From: Massilia sp.
GTDB lineage: Bacteria; Pseudomonadota; Gammaproteobacteria; Burkholderiales; Burkholderiaceae_D
DNA: 64,000 bases
Direction of reading: 5' to 3'
Assembly (NCBI GenBank): GCA_045810445.1
Contig: JBJMVX010000276.1
Coordinates: 954 to 64,953 of the forward strand
Under the pieces are notes generated by a model. It did no database searches. It had not been told where the DNA came from and saw nothing but the letters and a program-made list of their open reading frames with translations. This document shows, piece after piece, positions 11,201 through 21,620 of the stretch. Made by a program: the position numbers and the translations under genes. Numbering within the stretch: position 1 is the stretch's first letter; the number at the start of each line of letters is the position of its first letter.

Positions 11201-14133
11201 TCACGCGTGAGCAGACGCACGATCTCGTCGGTTTCTGCCAGGTAGATGTTATACAGCGGCAGCGGGATTTCCAGCTCGCCGATACGCTTGGTGTTGTCGT
11301 CCAAGGCCGCCGCTTCGGGCGCGGCAGCCGGGAAGTCGATCACATTGTCCGGCGTGGACACGGCCAGCAATTCCGGTTCGCTCAATTCGATGATGTCGTC
11401 CATCACCGGCTCGTCGGCAGGCAGTTCGGCGACGATGGTCTCTTCCACCACCGGCGCGGCGGGTGCCTGCTCGACGTGGGCGTCGAAGGACAGGTCCAGC
11501 GGCAGCTCCAGCGACAGGTCGGCCATGGTATCGGCGACTGGTTCCGGTGTGTCCTCGATCGGCAGCAGGGCGACGATCTCTTCGTCCTGTGGCAGGTCAG
11601 CGACGATCTCGGGCTCGCTCAGTTCCAGCGGCGCCTCAGTCACTGCCGCGGCAGGTGCTTCGATTGGTGCAGCAGTTGGGGCTTCAAACAGCAGCGCTGC
11701 ATCGAATGCCGGGGCGGCTGCTTCCAGTGGCACGTCGGGCACCAGGTCCAGCACAGGCTCGGCGTGGACCGGCTCGAGCGCTGCTGGTGCTGCTGGTGTT
11801 TCTGGCGCTGCAGGCGCAGCCACCGGTGCGGCAGCGACGACCGCTTCCATCGTGAACGGCGCGCCTTCAAGCATGCGGGTGGCACTGGCCACGAGCGCAT
11901 CGCTGCTGCGTGGCGAACTGCCGTTGGCAGCGAGTTCATTGACCCAGCCGGTCATGTCGACGCTGGCCCAGTCGAGCAGCGCCAGCAGATCCGGCGTTGC
12001 AGCGCGTGCTTCGGACAACCACAGATTCATGACTTTTTCGACCAGGGCTGCGCCTTCGCCGAAATTGTTCAAGCCGACCATGCGGCCACTGCCTTTGAGC
12101 GTGTGGAAGGCACGCCGCACCACGGTGATGGTTTCCTGGTTCGAGGGCTCGCGCTTGAGTTTTGGCAGCGTCTCGGTGACCAGCTCCAGCACTTCCTGCG
12201 CTTCCATGATGAAAATTTCCAACAGCTCGGCTTCGACTTCGCCTTCCACCGGCATCGGTGGCGCAGTCGGAATCGCGGCAGCGGGTGGCGCTGTCGGGGC
12301 AGCAGGCGCTTGCGGTGCCGATACCACGGCCAGCGGCTCGCTGGCCGGCGGCGTCACAACGGGCGCTGGCTCGATGACGATCGGCTCTGGCTCGAACTGG
12401 GTCTCGCCGGACGGTTTTTCGAACGGCACTTCACGCAGCATGCCTTCGGTGCGGTCGAACGCAAAGCGGTCTTTGGCCGCTTCGAAATTCTTGGCCAGCA
12501 TGTCGACAAAAAAGCCCAGCGCACCGATGTTCTGGGCGATGTTCTGCAGCGAGGCCGCTTCCAGTTCCGGGTTGCCTTCGGCAGCGGCAAGCGCGCGCAC
12601 CGCTTCCTTCACGTGCAACGCAGCGCGCATCGCGTCTTCCTGGTCCAGGATGGCGACAGCGCCCTGCAACTGGTGCAGAACCGGGTCGATCTGGCTCAGG
12701 GTCGGACGCTTGGAGCCGTCCGCATAGTAATCGTCCAATACCTTCTCGACCTGGCGCAGGCCGTTTTTCATTTCGGCTGCCAGCACGGCGACGGTGTGGT
12801 CCTGCTGAATCTGGCGCGACAGGTCACCCTGCCACTGTGGTGCGTCCGGCGGCGTCTGGCCGGCAGCGAGCGCCAGCAAGCGCTGGCCAACCACCACGGC
12901 GTGCGCATCGAAATCGTCAGGCAGCTGGCGAATCTGGTCCAGGCCATGTTCGACAAACAGCATGGCCGTGGCCATCTCGAGGCTGAACATCTGGTTGCGC
13001 CCTGCTGCGAGCGAGGTTTTCGTGGCGCGCACGATTTCCAGCTGCAGCCTGGCCAGTGCCGGTGCGCCCAGCTTTTCGCTGGCGCTGGCAATGGTGGCCA
13101 GTTGTTCTTCGAATTCCGCTTCGTGGGCTTCATCGCCCTCGGCAGCGAGCTTGTCCCAGCTGACCTTGGCGCGCGCGAGCGCTTCCTTGGCCGTCTTGAG
13201 CGCTTCGGCATCGATGCGGCCGTAACGCTTTTTCTCGTAATTGGCCGGCACCACTTCGTCCACCCGGTAGGCGCGGCGCAGGGCCTTGGCCGTTGGCGAG
13301 GGATCGGGAGCGGCAGCGATGAAGAACAGGGCGTCGCGCATCATCTGTTCTGGCAGGCTGCCCTCACCTTGCGAGAGGCGACGGATCTGCAGATTGATCA
13401 GGCCGAAGAGCTGCTTGACGTACAGATTGCTGGCCAGTTGGCCATTGGCCACCAGCTCGGCGAAACACTGCATGGCCACCCAGAAGGTGCGCGCGGCCGA
13501 TTCTTTCTGGCCGGCGGCAATCAAGGTGATCGCTTCCTGCATCACCTGGGCGGTCGCTTGCTGGGATGCGGGATCGGCGCTTTTCAGGAAAGGCAGCAGG
13601 GCTTTTTCAAAGCGCCCGCGGCAGACGGCGTAATCGGGTTGCACCACCGCGGCGGCGTGCTGAGGCAGCACGGCAGCGAGCGAGAGGTCGGGGAAGAACA
13701 GGTCGGCCGGGTGGATGCGGGCAGCACCGAGCTTTTCCTGCAGTTCGCGGTAATAAGGGAACAGGCGGGCCGGCTGCTGTGGCGCGCCGGTGAGCAGTTC
13801 TTCGAGATACTCGATGACGGCCTGGTACACCGCGCCGACCGCTTTCGCGTTCTCGCTGCTGCATTCGAGCGCACCATCGCGGAAGCGGTCCAGGGCCTGC
13901 TCGGCCGCGAGCGTCATGGCGCCAACGCCATCGACATCGACCATCTGCAAGGCGCCGTGGGCCTGGTGCAAGTACGCTTTCGCATGCTTGAGTGAATCTG
14001 CCTGGGCATCGCCCGTCAGGGCGGCGGCATCGTTCAGCGCCGCGCCGGATTTACCCAGCGCTTCGCGGATTTCGCCCATCACCCAGCCGAGCGGCCCAGT
14101 GTCAAATTGGGGCGCGTGCGAAAAATCAGTCAT
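8242..14133 (-). CDS. chpA: ChpA-type multi-Hpt CheA-like histidine kinase/response regulator (Pil-Chp system)
   Basis: Several Hpt motifs (FHTLKGSGRM, AHTLGGTS, LHTVKGSARM), HATPase (HLLRNSIVHGIE, FEPGFST, GRGVGMDVV), CheW domain and C-terminal REC. Confidence 0.93.
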   Translation of the reverse strand: MTDFSHAPQFDTGPLGWVMGEIREALGKSGAALNDAAALTGDAQADSLKHAKAYLHQAHGALQMVDVDGVGAMTLAAEQALDRFRDGALECSSENAKAVGAVYQAVIEYLEELLTGAPQQPARLFPYYRELQEKLGAARIHPADLFFPDLSLAAVLPQHAAAVVQPDYAVCRGRFEKALLPFLKSADPASQQATAQVMQEAITLIAAGQKESAARTFWVAMQCFAELVANGQLASNLYVKQLFGLINLQIRRLSQGEGSLPEQMMRDALFFIAAAPDPSPTAKALRRAYRVDEVVPANYEKKRYGRIDAEALKTAKEALARAKVSWDKLAAEGDEAHEAEFEEQLATIASASEKLGAPALARLQLEIVRATKTSLAAGRNQMFSLEMATAMLFVEHGLDQIRQLPDDFDAHAVVVGQRLLALAAGQTPPDAPQWQGDLSRQIQQDHTVAVLAAEMKNGLRQVEKVLDDYYADGSKRPTLSQIDPVLHQLQGAVAILDQEDAMRAALHVKEAVRALAAAEGNPELEAASLQNIAQNIGALGFFVDMLAKNFEAAKDRFAFDRTEGMLREVPFEKPSGETQFEPEPIVIEPAPVVTPPASEPLAVVSAPQAPAAPTAPPAAAIPTAPPMPVEGEVEAELLEIFIMEAQEVLELVTETLPKLKREPSNQETITVVRRAFHTLKGSGRMVGLNNFGEGAALVEKVMNLWLSEARAATPDLLALLDWASVDMTGWVNELAANGSSPRSSDALVASATRMLEGAPFTMEAVVAAAPVAAPAAPETPAAPAALEPVHAEPVLDLVPDVPLEAAAPAFDAALLFEAPTAAPIEAPAAAVTEAPLELSEPEIVADLPQDEEIVALLPIEDTPEPVADTMADLSLELPLDLSFDAHVEQAPAAPVVEETIVAELPADEPVMDDIIELSEPELLAVSTPDNVIDFPAAAPEAAALDDNTKRIGELEIPLPLYNIYLAETDEIVRLLTRDFSEWRHEPHRLVTPEALKAAHTLGGTSATVGFAALTEIAHALEMALDTPAPVLEADERDLLDETVEAVRGMLQQFALGEIAEPKPDLVLRLNALRHHLVERESAVYLGAESSEVPIPEVTEEITLDAPAPVADEVAVAPEAPQALVAEEIVAPIEAADPVLESFDEAELELAPPVAETVDPIAIPADVVEPLLAMEAEPEPELVPELISEPKAFAAEVAAIESAISDTAVQNAVAEVAFGDDLDADLLPVFLEEATDLLPELGEGLRKWQSNPSDAAPAKGLLRILHTVKGSARMAGAMRLGQHTHEIESQIENMVHAGTSTPAAFDELMANYDHALLLFEQLQNPVDPNAAAAVAGVPGAPSLNVAADDANATVARTPLVRVRADILDRLVNQAGEVSITRSKLDNQVSSLKASLNDFSENLGRLRRQLREVEMQAESQISSRMSISSEREFDPLEFDRFTRLQELTRMMAESVNDVASFHESLTRTVDAATDDLTIQTRLTRDLQRDLMRVRMVPFSSLSERLFRVARQTAKEIDKRVNLDIRGGGVEIDRSVLEQMAAPFEHLLRNSIVHGIESRDKRTANGKADIGELLVQVSQQGNEVVIQFNDDGAGLDLDRIRAKARENGLIEKDAVVNDTEAADLIFEPGFSTADALTELAGRGVGMDVVRSEATALGGRVSIVTERGKGARFTIHLPLTLSVTQVVITTSGSKTYAVPSILVEQVLQIKEAALNKAREAGFIEFQGSKVGLHFLPSLLGDSEAHPMVQRSCPVLVLKHGTDRLAVQVDDVVGNREVVIKNIGPQLSRMIGIAGATVLGSGEIVLILNPVALSHHIDLHPQLKPAAIAAAAAVPEATRARDYVVMVVDDSLTVRKVTQRLLEREGYQVMLAKDGVDALEHLQETVPDLMLVDIEMPRMDGFDLTRNIRGNDSTAGVPIIMITSRTADKHRNYALDLGVNAYFGKPFQEDMLLAAISGLLNREMPVTN

Positions 14134-14173
14134 CGTTTTGCTTACCTTGATATCAATCGGCTGGGCCGCGTTC

Positions 14174-16486
14174 CTATGCGACGACGCGGAATCGGGACAC
14201 CGAGTTTTTCAGTTCCTGGGCCAGCAACGTCAGTTGGCGAATCGAGCTGGCAGTTTGTTGCGTACCTTCCTGCGTACTCTCGGTCACCGACAAGATGTGC
14301 TGAATGTTGTGCGCCACGCCGTTTGCAGACGTTGCCTGCAGTTCGGTTGCGAACGAAATTCCCTGAATCAGTTCTGCCAGACGGTTCGACACGCGCGAGA
14401 TGTCCGACAGTGCCGCACCTGCCGCATCGGACAGCTTGGCACCCTCGACCACACCCTGGGTCGATTTTTCCATAGCGGCCACCGCGTCGTGGGTATCGGT
14501 CTGAATGGTACGCACCAGCGCACCGATCTGTTTTGCCGCGCCAGCTGAACGTTCTGCCAGTCGCTGCACCTCTTCCGCAACCACCGAGAAGCCGCGCCCT
14601 GCTTCACCGGCCGATGCCGCCTGAATTGCCGCGTTCAGCGCCAGCACGTTGGTCTGTTCGGTAATGTCGGAAATCAGCTCGGTAATTTCACCAATCTCCT
14701 GGGACGATTCACCCAGTCGCTTGATTCGCTTGGACGTTTCCTGGATCAGTTCGCGAATCTCGTGCATACCCTTGATCGCATTTTCCACCGCCTGCGAACC
14801 CTGGTGCGCCGCAGCCACCGACTGGCGCGCCACATCGGCCGATTCGTTGGCCGATTTCGATACATCGGTAATTTCGCTGGCCATCTTCAGAACGGTCTCG
14901 GACGCATCCTGAATTTCGCGCGACTGCTGCTCGGTTGCCGAGAGCAGGTCGGTCGAAATGTTTTGCGCATTGGTCGATGCCGAGGTCACCGATTCGGCCG
15001 TGGTCGTGACGCGTTCCACCAGCCCGCGCAGCTCTTCCACCGTGTAGTTCACCGAGTCGGCAATCGCGCCGGTGATGTCTTCGGACACCGTTGCGTGCAC
15101 GGTCAAGTCACCATCTGCCACTTCCTGCAGCTCATTCATGAGGCGCAAAATAGCGGCCTGGTTCTGGTCGTTGGTCGCTTTTGCTTCTTCTTCCTTGCTT
15201 TGCGCCAGTTGACGCATCGCGTCCGCTTCCTGACGACGAACCTCAGCCGCGCGGGCACGGGTACGGGAGTCTTGCAGCATGACTTTACCGATAGCAGCAG
15301 CCACGGCAGCGGTGAACAGGGTGGCAATGGCAGTGACCCACAACCAGATACCGGCACTATCTTGCTGGGCGCGGAAATCGCCCTGCACGGCAGTCAAGAG
15401 CTTCTTGATCTCTTCATTTTCGTAGAAGATCGACAGTTCGGCGCCCTTGGCAGCGGTAAATTTCGGCAGGTTCGACAGCACCGAGGTAAAGATCAAGCCG
15501 TGGTAGGTATCGAATTTGTTCTTGATTTCCTGGAGCAGGGAACGCAGTTCAGGATCGCGCACAGCAGCGATCTGCATGGTGTCGTTGCCATTGAGGAAGC
15601 CCTCGACCGTGGCGCGGAAGGTGGTGGCGTCTTTGCCCAGCTGGAATGCCGTTTCCGGACGAATACCGCCCGAGGTCAGAAATTCACTGGCGCTACGCGA
15701 CATGCGCTGGGTCAGCATGGTGATGCGGCCGATGTACTGCAGTTCCTTTGGCGTGGCGCCCTTCTGGACCTTCTGGTTGAGCAGTTCTTCGGTCAGCGAC
15801 AGCAGTTCTGGCGAGAGCGCGTCGAGCTGTTTGAGGGTCTTCGAAAAGCCCGTCAGCTCCGGCTTCATCTTCAAAATGGTACCGGCCGAGTTATCGGTCG
15901 AGACCCATTTGGTTTTCGCTTCGTTGAGCTTTTTCGTCATGCTCGCCGGCGCGGCAGCGGTCATCAACACCAAGTCTTTGTTGAGCAGGGTGCGGCTCTC
16001 TTCGAGCTGGGCGAATGCTTCTTCGTTACCCTGAATCGCGTTTGGCGCCGCTTTACCGACCCGCTGCGAGTGCATCAGGGCATCGGATGCCACCTGGGTC
16101 TGGTTCGACGCCTTGATCGAGTTGGCCGTGTTCATCGCCAGTGCCGCCACGATCACCACGATGCCGCCTGCGAACACGCCCATCAGGATACGCTGCTGTC
16201 GGCCCAGGGACAGATGGCCGATGAACGGCAGTTCCATCTGGCTTTCCGGCTCGTCCATCACCGTCTCGGCCACTTCGACCGGCGGCGTGTTCAGACCGAG
16301 CAGGTCCGAGCTGCCCTCCGGCTGCGCGTGCGGTACCGGCTCGAAACCATCGCTGTGTTCTGCGACGACCTCAGGCGGTATCTCGCTGGCCGGTCCGAAT
16401 TCGGTGTCGGGGGCTGCTAACACGCCCACATTGTCGTCACCACCCTTGGGGGAAAACCCCAACGAACTTTTCCAAGCAAATCCCAT
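14174..16486 (-). CDS. pilJ: Methyl-accepting chemotaxis protein PilJ
   Basis: Two TM segments, HAMP, MCP hairpin QTNVLALNAAIQAASAGEAGRGFSVVAEEVQRLA; start moved to MGFAWK. Confidence 0.92.
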   Translation of the reverse strand: MGFAWKSSLGFSPKGGDDNVGVLAAPDTEFGPASEIPPEVVAEHSDGFEPVPHAQPEGSSDLLGLNTPPVEVAETVMDEPESQMELPFIGHLSLGRQQRILMGVFAGGIVVIVAALAMNTANSIKASNQTQVASDALMHSQRVGKAAPNAIQGNEEAFAQLEESRTLLNKDLVLMTAAAPASMTKKLNEAKTKWVSTDNSAGTILKMKPELTGFSKTLKQLDALSPELLSLTEELLNQKVQKGATPKELQYIGRITMLTQRMSRSASEFLTSGGIRPETAFQLGKDATTFRATVEGFLNGNDTMQIAAVRDPELRSLLQEIKNKFDTYHGLIFTSVLSNLPKFTAAKGAELSIFYENEEIKKLLTAVQGDFRAQQDSAGIWLWVTAIATLFTAAVAAAIGKVMLQDSRTRARAAEVRRQEADAMRQLAQSKEEEAKATNDQNQAAILRLMNELQEVADGDLTVHATVSEDITGAIADSVNYTVEELRGLVERVTTTAESVTSASTNAQNISTDLLSATEQQSREIQDASETVLKMASEITDVSKSANESADVARQSVAAAHQGSQAVENAIKGMHEIRELIQETSKRIKRLGESSQEIGEITELISDITEQTNVLALNAAIQAASAGEAGRGFSVVAEEVQRLAERSAGAAKQIGALVRTIQTDTHDAVAAMEKSTQGVVEGAKLSDAAGAALSDISRVSNRLAELIQGISFATELQATSANGVAHNIQHILSVTESTQEGTQQTASSIRQLTLLAQELKNSVSRFRVVA

Positions 16487-16532
16487 TACAGCTCCCAATC
16501 CCAAAGGTATACATGGCCACTTGTGGCGTGGC

Positions 16533-17066
16533 TTAAAATCCGACGTGTAAAAAACGGGTGTCGCTAACCAACGCTGCCAGATCAAGCGGCGTCCATTCAT
16601 TGGCGTCGGCATCGCGCAGCCGGTCGCCTGCTACTACCATGCCAGCTGCATGACGCAAGCCGTACACGCGCGATACCAGCAAGCCGCAATTGAAGCCCAG
16701 GCCTGCCGCGAAAGTGACCACGCGGCTGTCCGAGCCGGTACTGGTTTCGGCCTGGGCCTGATAGCGCGCCAGATCGATAATGCTGATCAAATTACCCCGG
16801 ATATTGGCCAGGCCCACATACCAGGGCTGGGTCAGGGGCACGACGGTCACTGGCGGCACCGGCACGATTTCGCCGATCTGGGTCAGGTCCAGCAGAAAGC
16901 GTTCCTGGCCGATCATCACGCCCAGCTGATTGACGCGGGCGCCCGCATTGTTGCGCGCGGCCTGCATGCGTTCGAGCAGCTGCACCTGGTACTGGCGCAA
17001 GCGGGTACGGCGCCCCGCTCCGTCGGTGGGGGCCTTCTCAGGCGCGGCTTGGGCGGCGACACTCAT
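16533..17066 (-). CDS. pilI: CheW-like adaptor PilI
   Basis: VPLTQPWYVGLANIRGNLISIIDL CheW motif; lies between pilH and pilJ. Confidence 0.87.
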   Translation of the reverse strand: MSVAAQAAPEKAPTDGAGRRTRLRQYQVQLLERMQAARNNAGARVNQLGVMIGQERFLLDLTQIGEIVPVPPVTVVPLTQPWYVGLANIRGNLISIIDLARYQAQAETSTGSDSRVVTFAAGLGFNCGLLVSRVYGLRHAAGMVVAGDRLRDADANEWTPLDLAALVSDTRFLHVGF

Positions 17067-17070
17067 GATC

Positions 17071-17439
17071 TTAAGCGCCCAGGGCGGCGATTTTTGCCAG
17101 CAGCAGTTCCGGATCAACCGGCTTGACCAGGTATTCGCGCGCACCCTGGCGCAAGCCCCAGACGCGGTCGGTTTCCTGGTTCTTGCTGCTGCAGATGATG
17201 ATGGGCACGTCCGCCAGCTCAGGATCCTTGGAAATGGCGCGGGTGACCTGGAAGCCATTCGCGCCCGGCATCACCACGTCCATCAGGATCAGGTGCGGCT
17301 TGTCAGCCTTGATTTTCAAAAACGCTTCTTCGCCGTTTTCAGCGGTGGTGACGGTGAAACCGTTCTTGACCAGGATGTCGGTCAAGTAATAACGCTCGGT
17401 AGGGGAGTCGTCGACGATCAGAATTTTGGTAATGGCCAC
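17071..17439 (-). CDS. pilH: Single-domain response regulator PilH
   Basis: ILIVDDSPTE, LMDVVMPGANGFQVTR, WGLRQGA. Confidence 0.9.
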   Translation of the reverse strand: MAITKILIVDDSPTERYYLTDILVKNGFTVTTAENGEEAFLKIKADKPHLILMDVVMPGANGFQVTRAISKDPELADVPIIICSSKNQETDRVWGLRQGAREYLVKPVDPELLLAKIAALGA

Positions 17440-17453
17440 GTGGCTCTCCTGGA

Positions 17454-17855
17454 TTATTTGGCGACTGCGGCAGCGGTATGTTCGCGTACGGCTGCGAGCA
17501 GGCTGTCTTTGCTAAAGGGTTTGGTAAGGTAAGCCGAGGAACCAACCATGGCACCGCGGGCACGGTCGAACAAGCCATCCTTCGAGGACAGCATCACCAC
17601 CGGCGTAGTGTGAAACTTGGCACTTTTCTTGATCAGGGCGCAGGTCTGGTAACCATCTAAGCGCGGCATCAAAATATCGCAAAACACCAGGGAAGGATGG
17701 TGGTCATTGATCTTGGCCAGCGCGTCAAAGCCATCGTCGGCCAGCACCACCTGGTAGCCTGCCTGGGTAAGAAAAATCTCGGCGGAACGGCGAATCGTGC
17801 TGCTATCGTCGATGACCATGATCTTCAAGACTGTCGGTTGCGTCGTCATTGTCAT
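17454..17855 (-). CDS. pilG: Single-domain response regulator PilG
   Basis: VIDDSSTIRRSAE, MPRLDGYQTCALIK, LSSKDGLFDRARG. Confidence 0.92.
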   Translation of the reverse strand: MTMTTQPTVLKIMVIDDSSTIRRSAEIFLTQAGYQVVLADDGFDALAKINDHHPSLVFCDILMPRLDGYQTCALIKKSAKFHTTPVVMLSSKDGLFDRARGAMVGSSAYLTKPFSKDSLLAAVREHTAAAVAK

Positions 17856-17959
17856 ATTCAGTTTACTCGGCATGAAGCTGAACGATACCATAGGGCAAGC
17901 ATCTTGTGCTATATCCGTTGCATTTGTTCAACTAATGTATTAAAAACGCCGCGTTCCAA

Positions 17960-18163
17960 TTAGATAACAGTCATCTCGAAGTCATCTTTCCTGGCGCCGC
18001 ACTCGGGACAAGTCCAGTTCATTGGCACGTCGGCCCAGCGGGTTCCCGGGGCAATGCCTTCGTCCGGCAAGCCGGCCTCTTCTTCGTATACCCAGCCGCA
18101 AATGAGGCACATCCAGGTCTGGAAGGGGGTAACCGGGGCGCTGCCCGTTTCTTGACTACTCAC
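17960..18163 (-). CDS. Rubredoxin
   Basis: WMCLICGWVY ... WTCPECG (two CxxC); probable GTG start at 18163 inside the long ORF-track frame. Confidence 0.9.
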   Translation of the reverse strand: MSSQETGSAPVTPFQTWMCLICGWVYEEEAGLPDEGIAPGTRWADVPMNWTCPECGARKDDFEMTVI

Positions 18164-18220
18164 GTTGTGCTTCCTTCTATCTAGTAAAATGGAGAAATCA
18201 GGCATCTTAATCCACCCGTC

Positions 18221-19039
18221 GTGCAAAACCAAACATCTCCCCTTATTCTCACATTCGGCGTCGCCGACCCGGTAGGCGCCATGGGCATCCAGGCCGATCT
18301 GGCCACCTTCGGGGCGCTGGGCTGCCACGGCCTGTCGGTCACCACGGGACTGCTGGTCGCCGATAGCGCCCGCATCGAAGACACCCTGGACATCGACGCC
18401 GACTGGCTGGTCGACCAGGCCAGGCTGCTGCTCGAAGACATGGCTGTCGCCGCCTTCAAGGTGGGCGCCCTGACCAGCATCGAACAGGCTTCGGCCATTG
18501 CCGAAATCGTGTCCGACTATCCGGACGTGCCCTTCATCCTGGATCCCTTCCTCTCCAGCATGCCCGACTCTGGCCTGGCTGACGACGATATGCTGGTGGC
18601 CATTCGCCAAATCCTGGTGCCCCAGGCCAGCATGCTGGTGCTGTCCCAGGTGGAACTGGCGCGCATGGCCGAAACCTGGCGCGAAGGCGGCGGCGATATG
18701 CTCGACGCCGACGTGGCCGAACTGACCGGTAGCGGCTGCGCCTACATCCTGGTCACTGGCACCGGCGGCGCGGCGCGCGGCAATACCCGCAGCAATACCT
18801 TGTACAGCGAGGACGGCGCTCTGGCCAGCGTCGACTGGCAGCACCTGCCCGGCCCTTTTGTCGGCGCCGGCAGCACCCTCTCTGGCGCCCTGAGCGCCTA
18901 CCTGGCGCGCGGGCGCGACCCGATCGCCGCGGTGCACGCGGCCCACCTGTATACCGCCGGCACCCTGGCCCACGCCCAGCGCCTGGGCATGGGCAAGCTG
19001 GTACCCAATAAATTTTTCGCCCATATCACCACGGACTGA
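18221..19039 (+). CDS. ThiD-like hydroxymethylpyrimidine/phosphomethylpyrimidine kinase family protein (divergent)
   Basis: GIQADLAT, FKVGAL, ILDP, GAGSTLSGAL ribokinase-family motifs; upstream of hemL. Confidence 0.8.
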   Translation: MQNQTSPLILTFGVADPVGAMGIQADLATFGALGCHGLSVTTGLLVADSARIEDTLDIDADWLVDQARLLLEDMAVAAFKVGALTSIEQASAIAEIVSDYPDVPFILDPFLSSMPDSGLADDDMLVAIRQILVPQASMLVLSQVELARMAETWREGGGDMLDADVAELTGSGCAYILVTGTGGAARGNTRSNTLYSEDGALASVDWQHLPGPFVGAGSTLSGALSAYLARGRDPIAAVHAAHLYTAGTLAHAQRLGMGKLVPNKFFAHITTD

Positions 19040-19045
19040 AACGCC

Positions 19046-20341
<1,296 letters not shown>

Positions 20342-20462
20342 AACTGATCGCTCTTGCAACAGACTTGCAAGAGCGGTATTTCATTCAAATTGTTCAAGCA
20401 AACAGCGCGGAAGTAATTAGCCAGTTGTTATTTTTTCGCGTGATTGTCTGTTGATGTTCGCT

Positions 20463-20534
20463 ACTGCCCTTGCGCAAGCGAGGGCCCATGCAGAGCTGAA
20501 CTCAGTATGGGTCCTCGCTTTCGCAAGGACAGTG
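20463..20534. repeat. REP-like inverted doublet (REPIN-like)
   Basis: 20505-20534 is the exact reverse complement of 7981-8010; a diverged partner lies at 20463-20491. Confidence 0.85.
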
Positions 20535-20567
20535 CTGGTTGGCTTAGCTAACGGCGTCGAGTAATTC

Positions 20568-21536
20568 TTACTTGAGCCAACCCCTGCGCCGGAAATACCA
20601 GAACGGCGCAATCGCAGATATGACCATCAGCAGCAAGGCAAATGGATAACCGAGCGACCAATCGAGCTCCGGGAACCAGCCCTTGAAGTTCATGCCGTAA
20701 ATCGAGGCAATCAAGGTAGGCGGCAGGAAGGCCACCGAGGCCACCGAGAAGATCTTGATAATCTTGTTCTGGTTGATGTTGATGAAACCAACCGTGGCGT
20801 CCATCAGGAAGTTGATTTTGTCGAAGAGGAAGGACGTGTGGCCGTCCAGCGATTCGATATCGCGCAGAATCTGGCGCGCCTCTTCAAACTGCTCGGCGTT
20901 GAGCAAGCGCCCCCGCATCAAGAAGCTGACCGCGCGCCGCGTATCCATCATATTGCGCCGTATGCGCCCGTTCAAGTCTTCCTCGCGGGCGATGGCGTTC
21001 AGGGCTGCCGCAGCATCCTGGTCGGTAAATTCCTTCTGCAGCACGCGCCCGCTGACTTCTTCCAGGTGCTGGTAAATGCCTTCAAGCGCATCGGCGGAAT
21101 ACTCGGCGTCGGTCGCATACAGGTCCAGCAGCACATCCATGTAGTCAGCAATCGAGCCGGGCCGCGAGCGCGCGCGCATGCGCACCAGGCGAAACACGGG
21201 CAAGTCGTCAGTGTGCACCGAGAACAGCATCTTGCGCGCCAGGATGAAGGCCACCGTGACCACGCGTGAAGGGCCGTCGTCTTCTTCCAGCAAGAAATCG
21301 GTACGTAGATGGAGGTCGCCGTTTTCCGCTTCGTAATAGCGGGCGGACGCTTCGATATCCTTGACTTCGTCTTCACCCGGCAGGATGACGCCATAAATGG
21401 TCTTGACCCAGGCACGCTCGTCGTCGTTCGGGTCGGTCAGGTCGACCCAGACCGGCGCCACGTTTTCAAGATCTTCGCGGCTGTCGATCGGTACCTGGTT
21501 GAGGCGGCCATTCTGTAAGACGAATACATTGATCAT
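20568..21536 (-). CDS. corA: Magnesium/cobalt transporter CorA
   Basis: PPTLIASIYGMNF signature, two C-terminal TM helices; start moved to MINVF. Confidence 0.95.
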   Translation of the reverse strand: MINVFVLQNGRLNQVPIDSREDLENVAPVWVDLTDPNDDERAWVKTIYGVILPGEDEVKDIEASARYYEAENGDLHLRTDFLLEEDDGPSRVVTVAFILARKMLFSVHTDDLPVFRLVRMRARSRPGSIADYMDVLLDLYATDAEYSADALEGIYQHLEEVSGRVLQKEFTDQDAAAALNAIAREEDLNGRIRRNMMDTRRAVSFLMRGRLLNAEQFEEARQILRDIESLDGHTSFLFDKINFLMDATVGFININQNKIIKIFSVASVAFLPPTLIASIYGMNFKGWFPELDWSLGYPFALLLMVISAIAPFWYFRRRGWLK

Positions 21537-21620
21537 GCGCTTTTCTCGGCCGGGATTCGAAACAGCGCAAGTGTACCCTTTAGGCATTGGCCCGGCCACC
21601 CCGCAAGGCCACAATTTGCC

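Noticed and set aside
8359-13995. 1878-aa plus-strand ORF, and similar long opposite-strand ORFs over pyrC', pilJ, accC, nrdA, pilS, ffh and proS
   Set aside because: Antisense shadows of well-supported genes, expected from high-GC codon bias; no recognisable motifs
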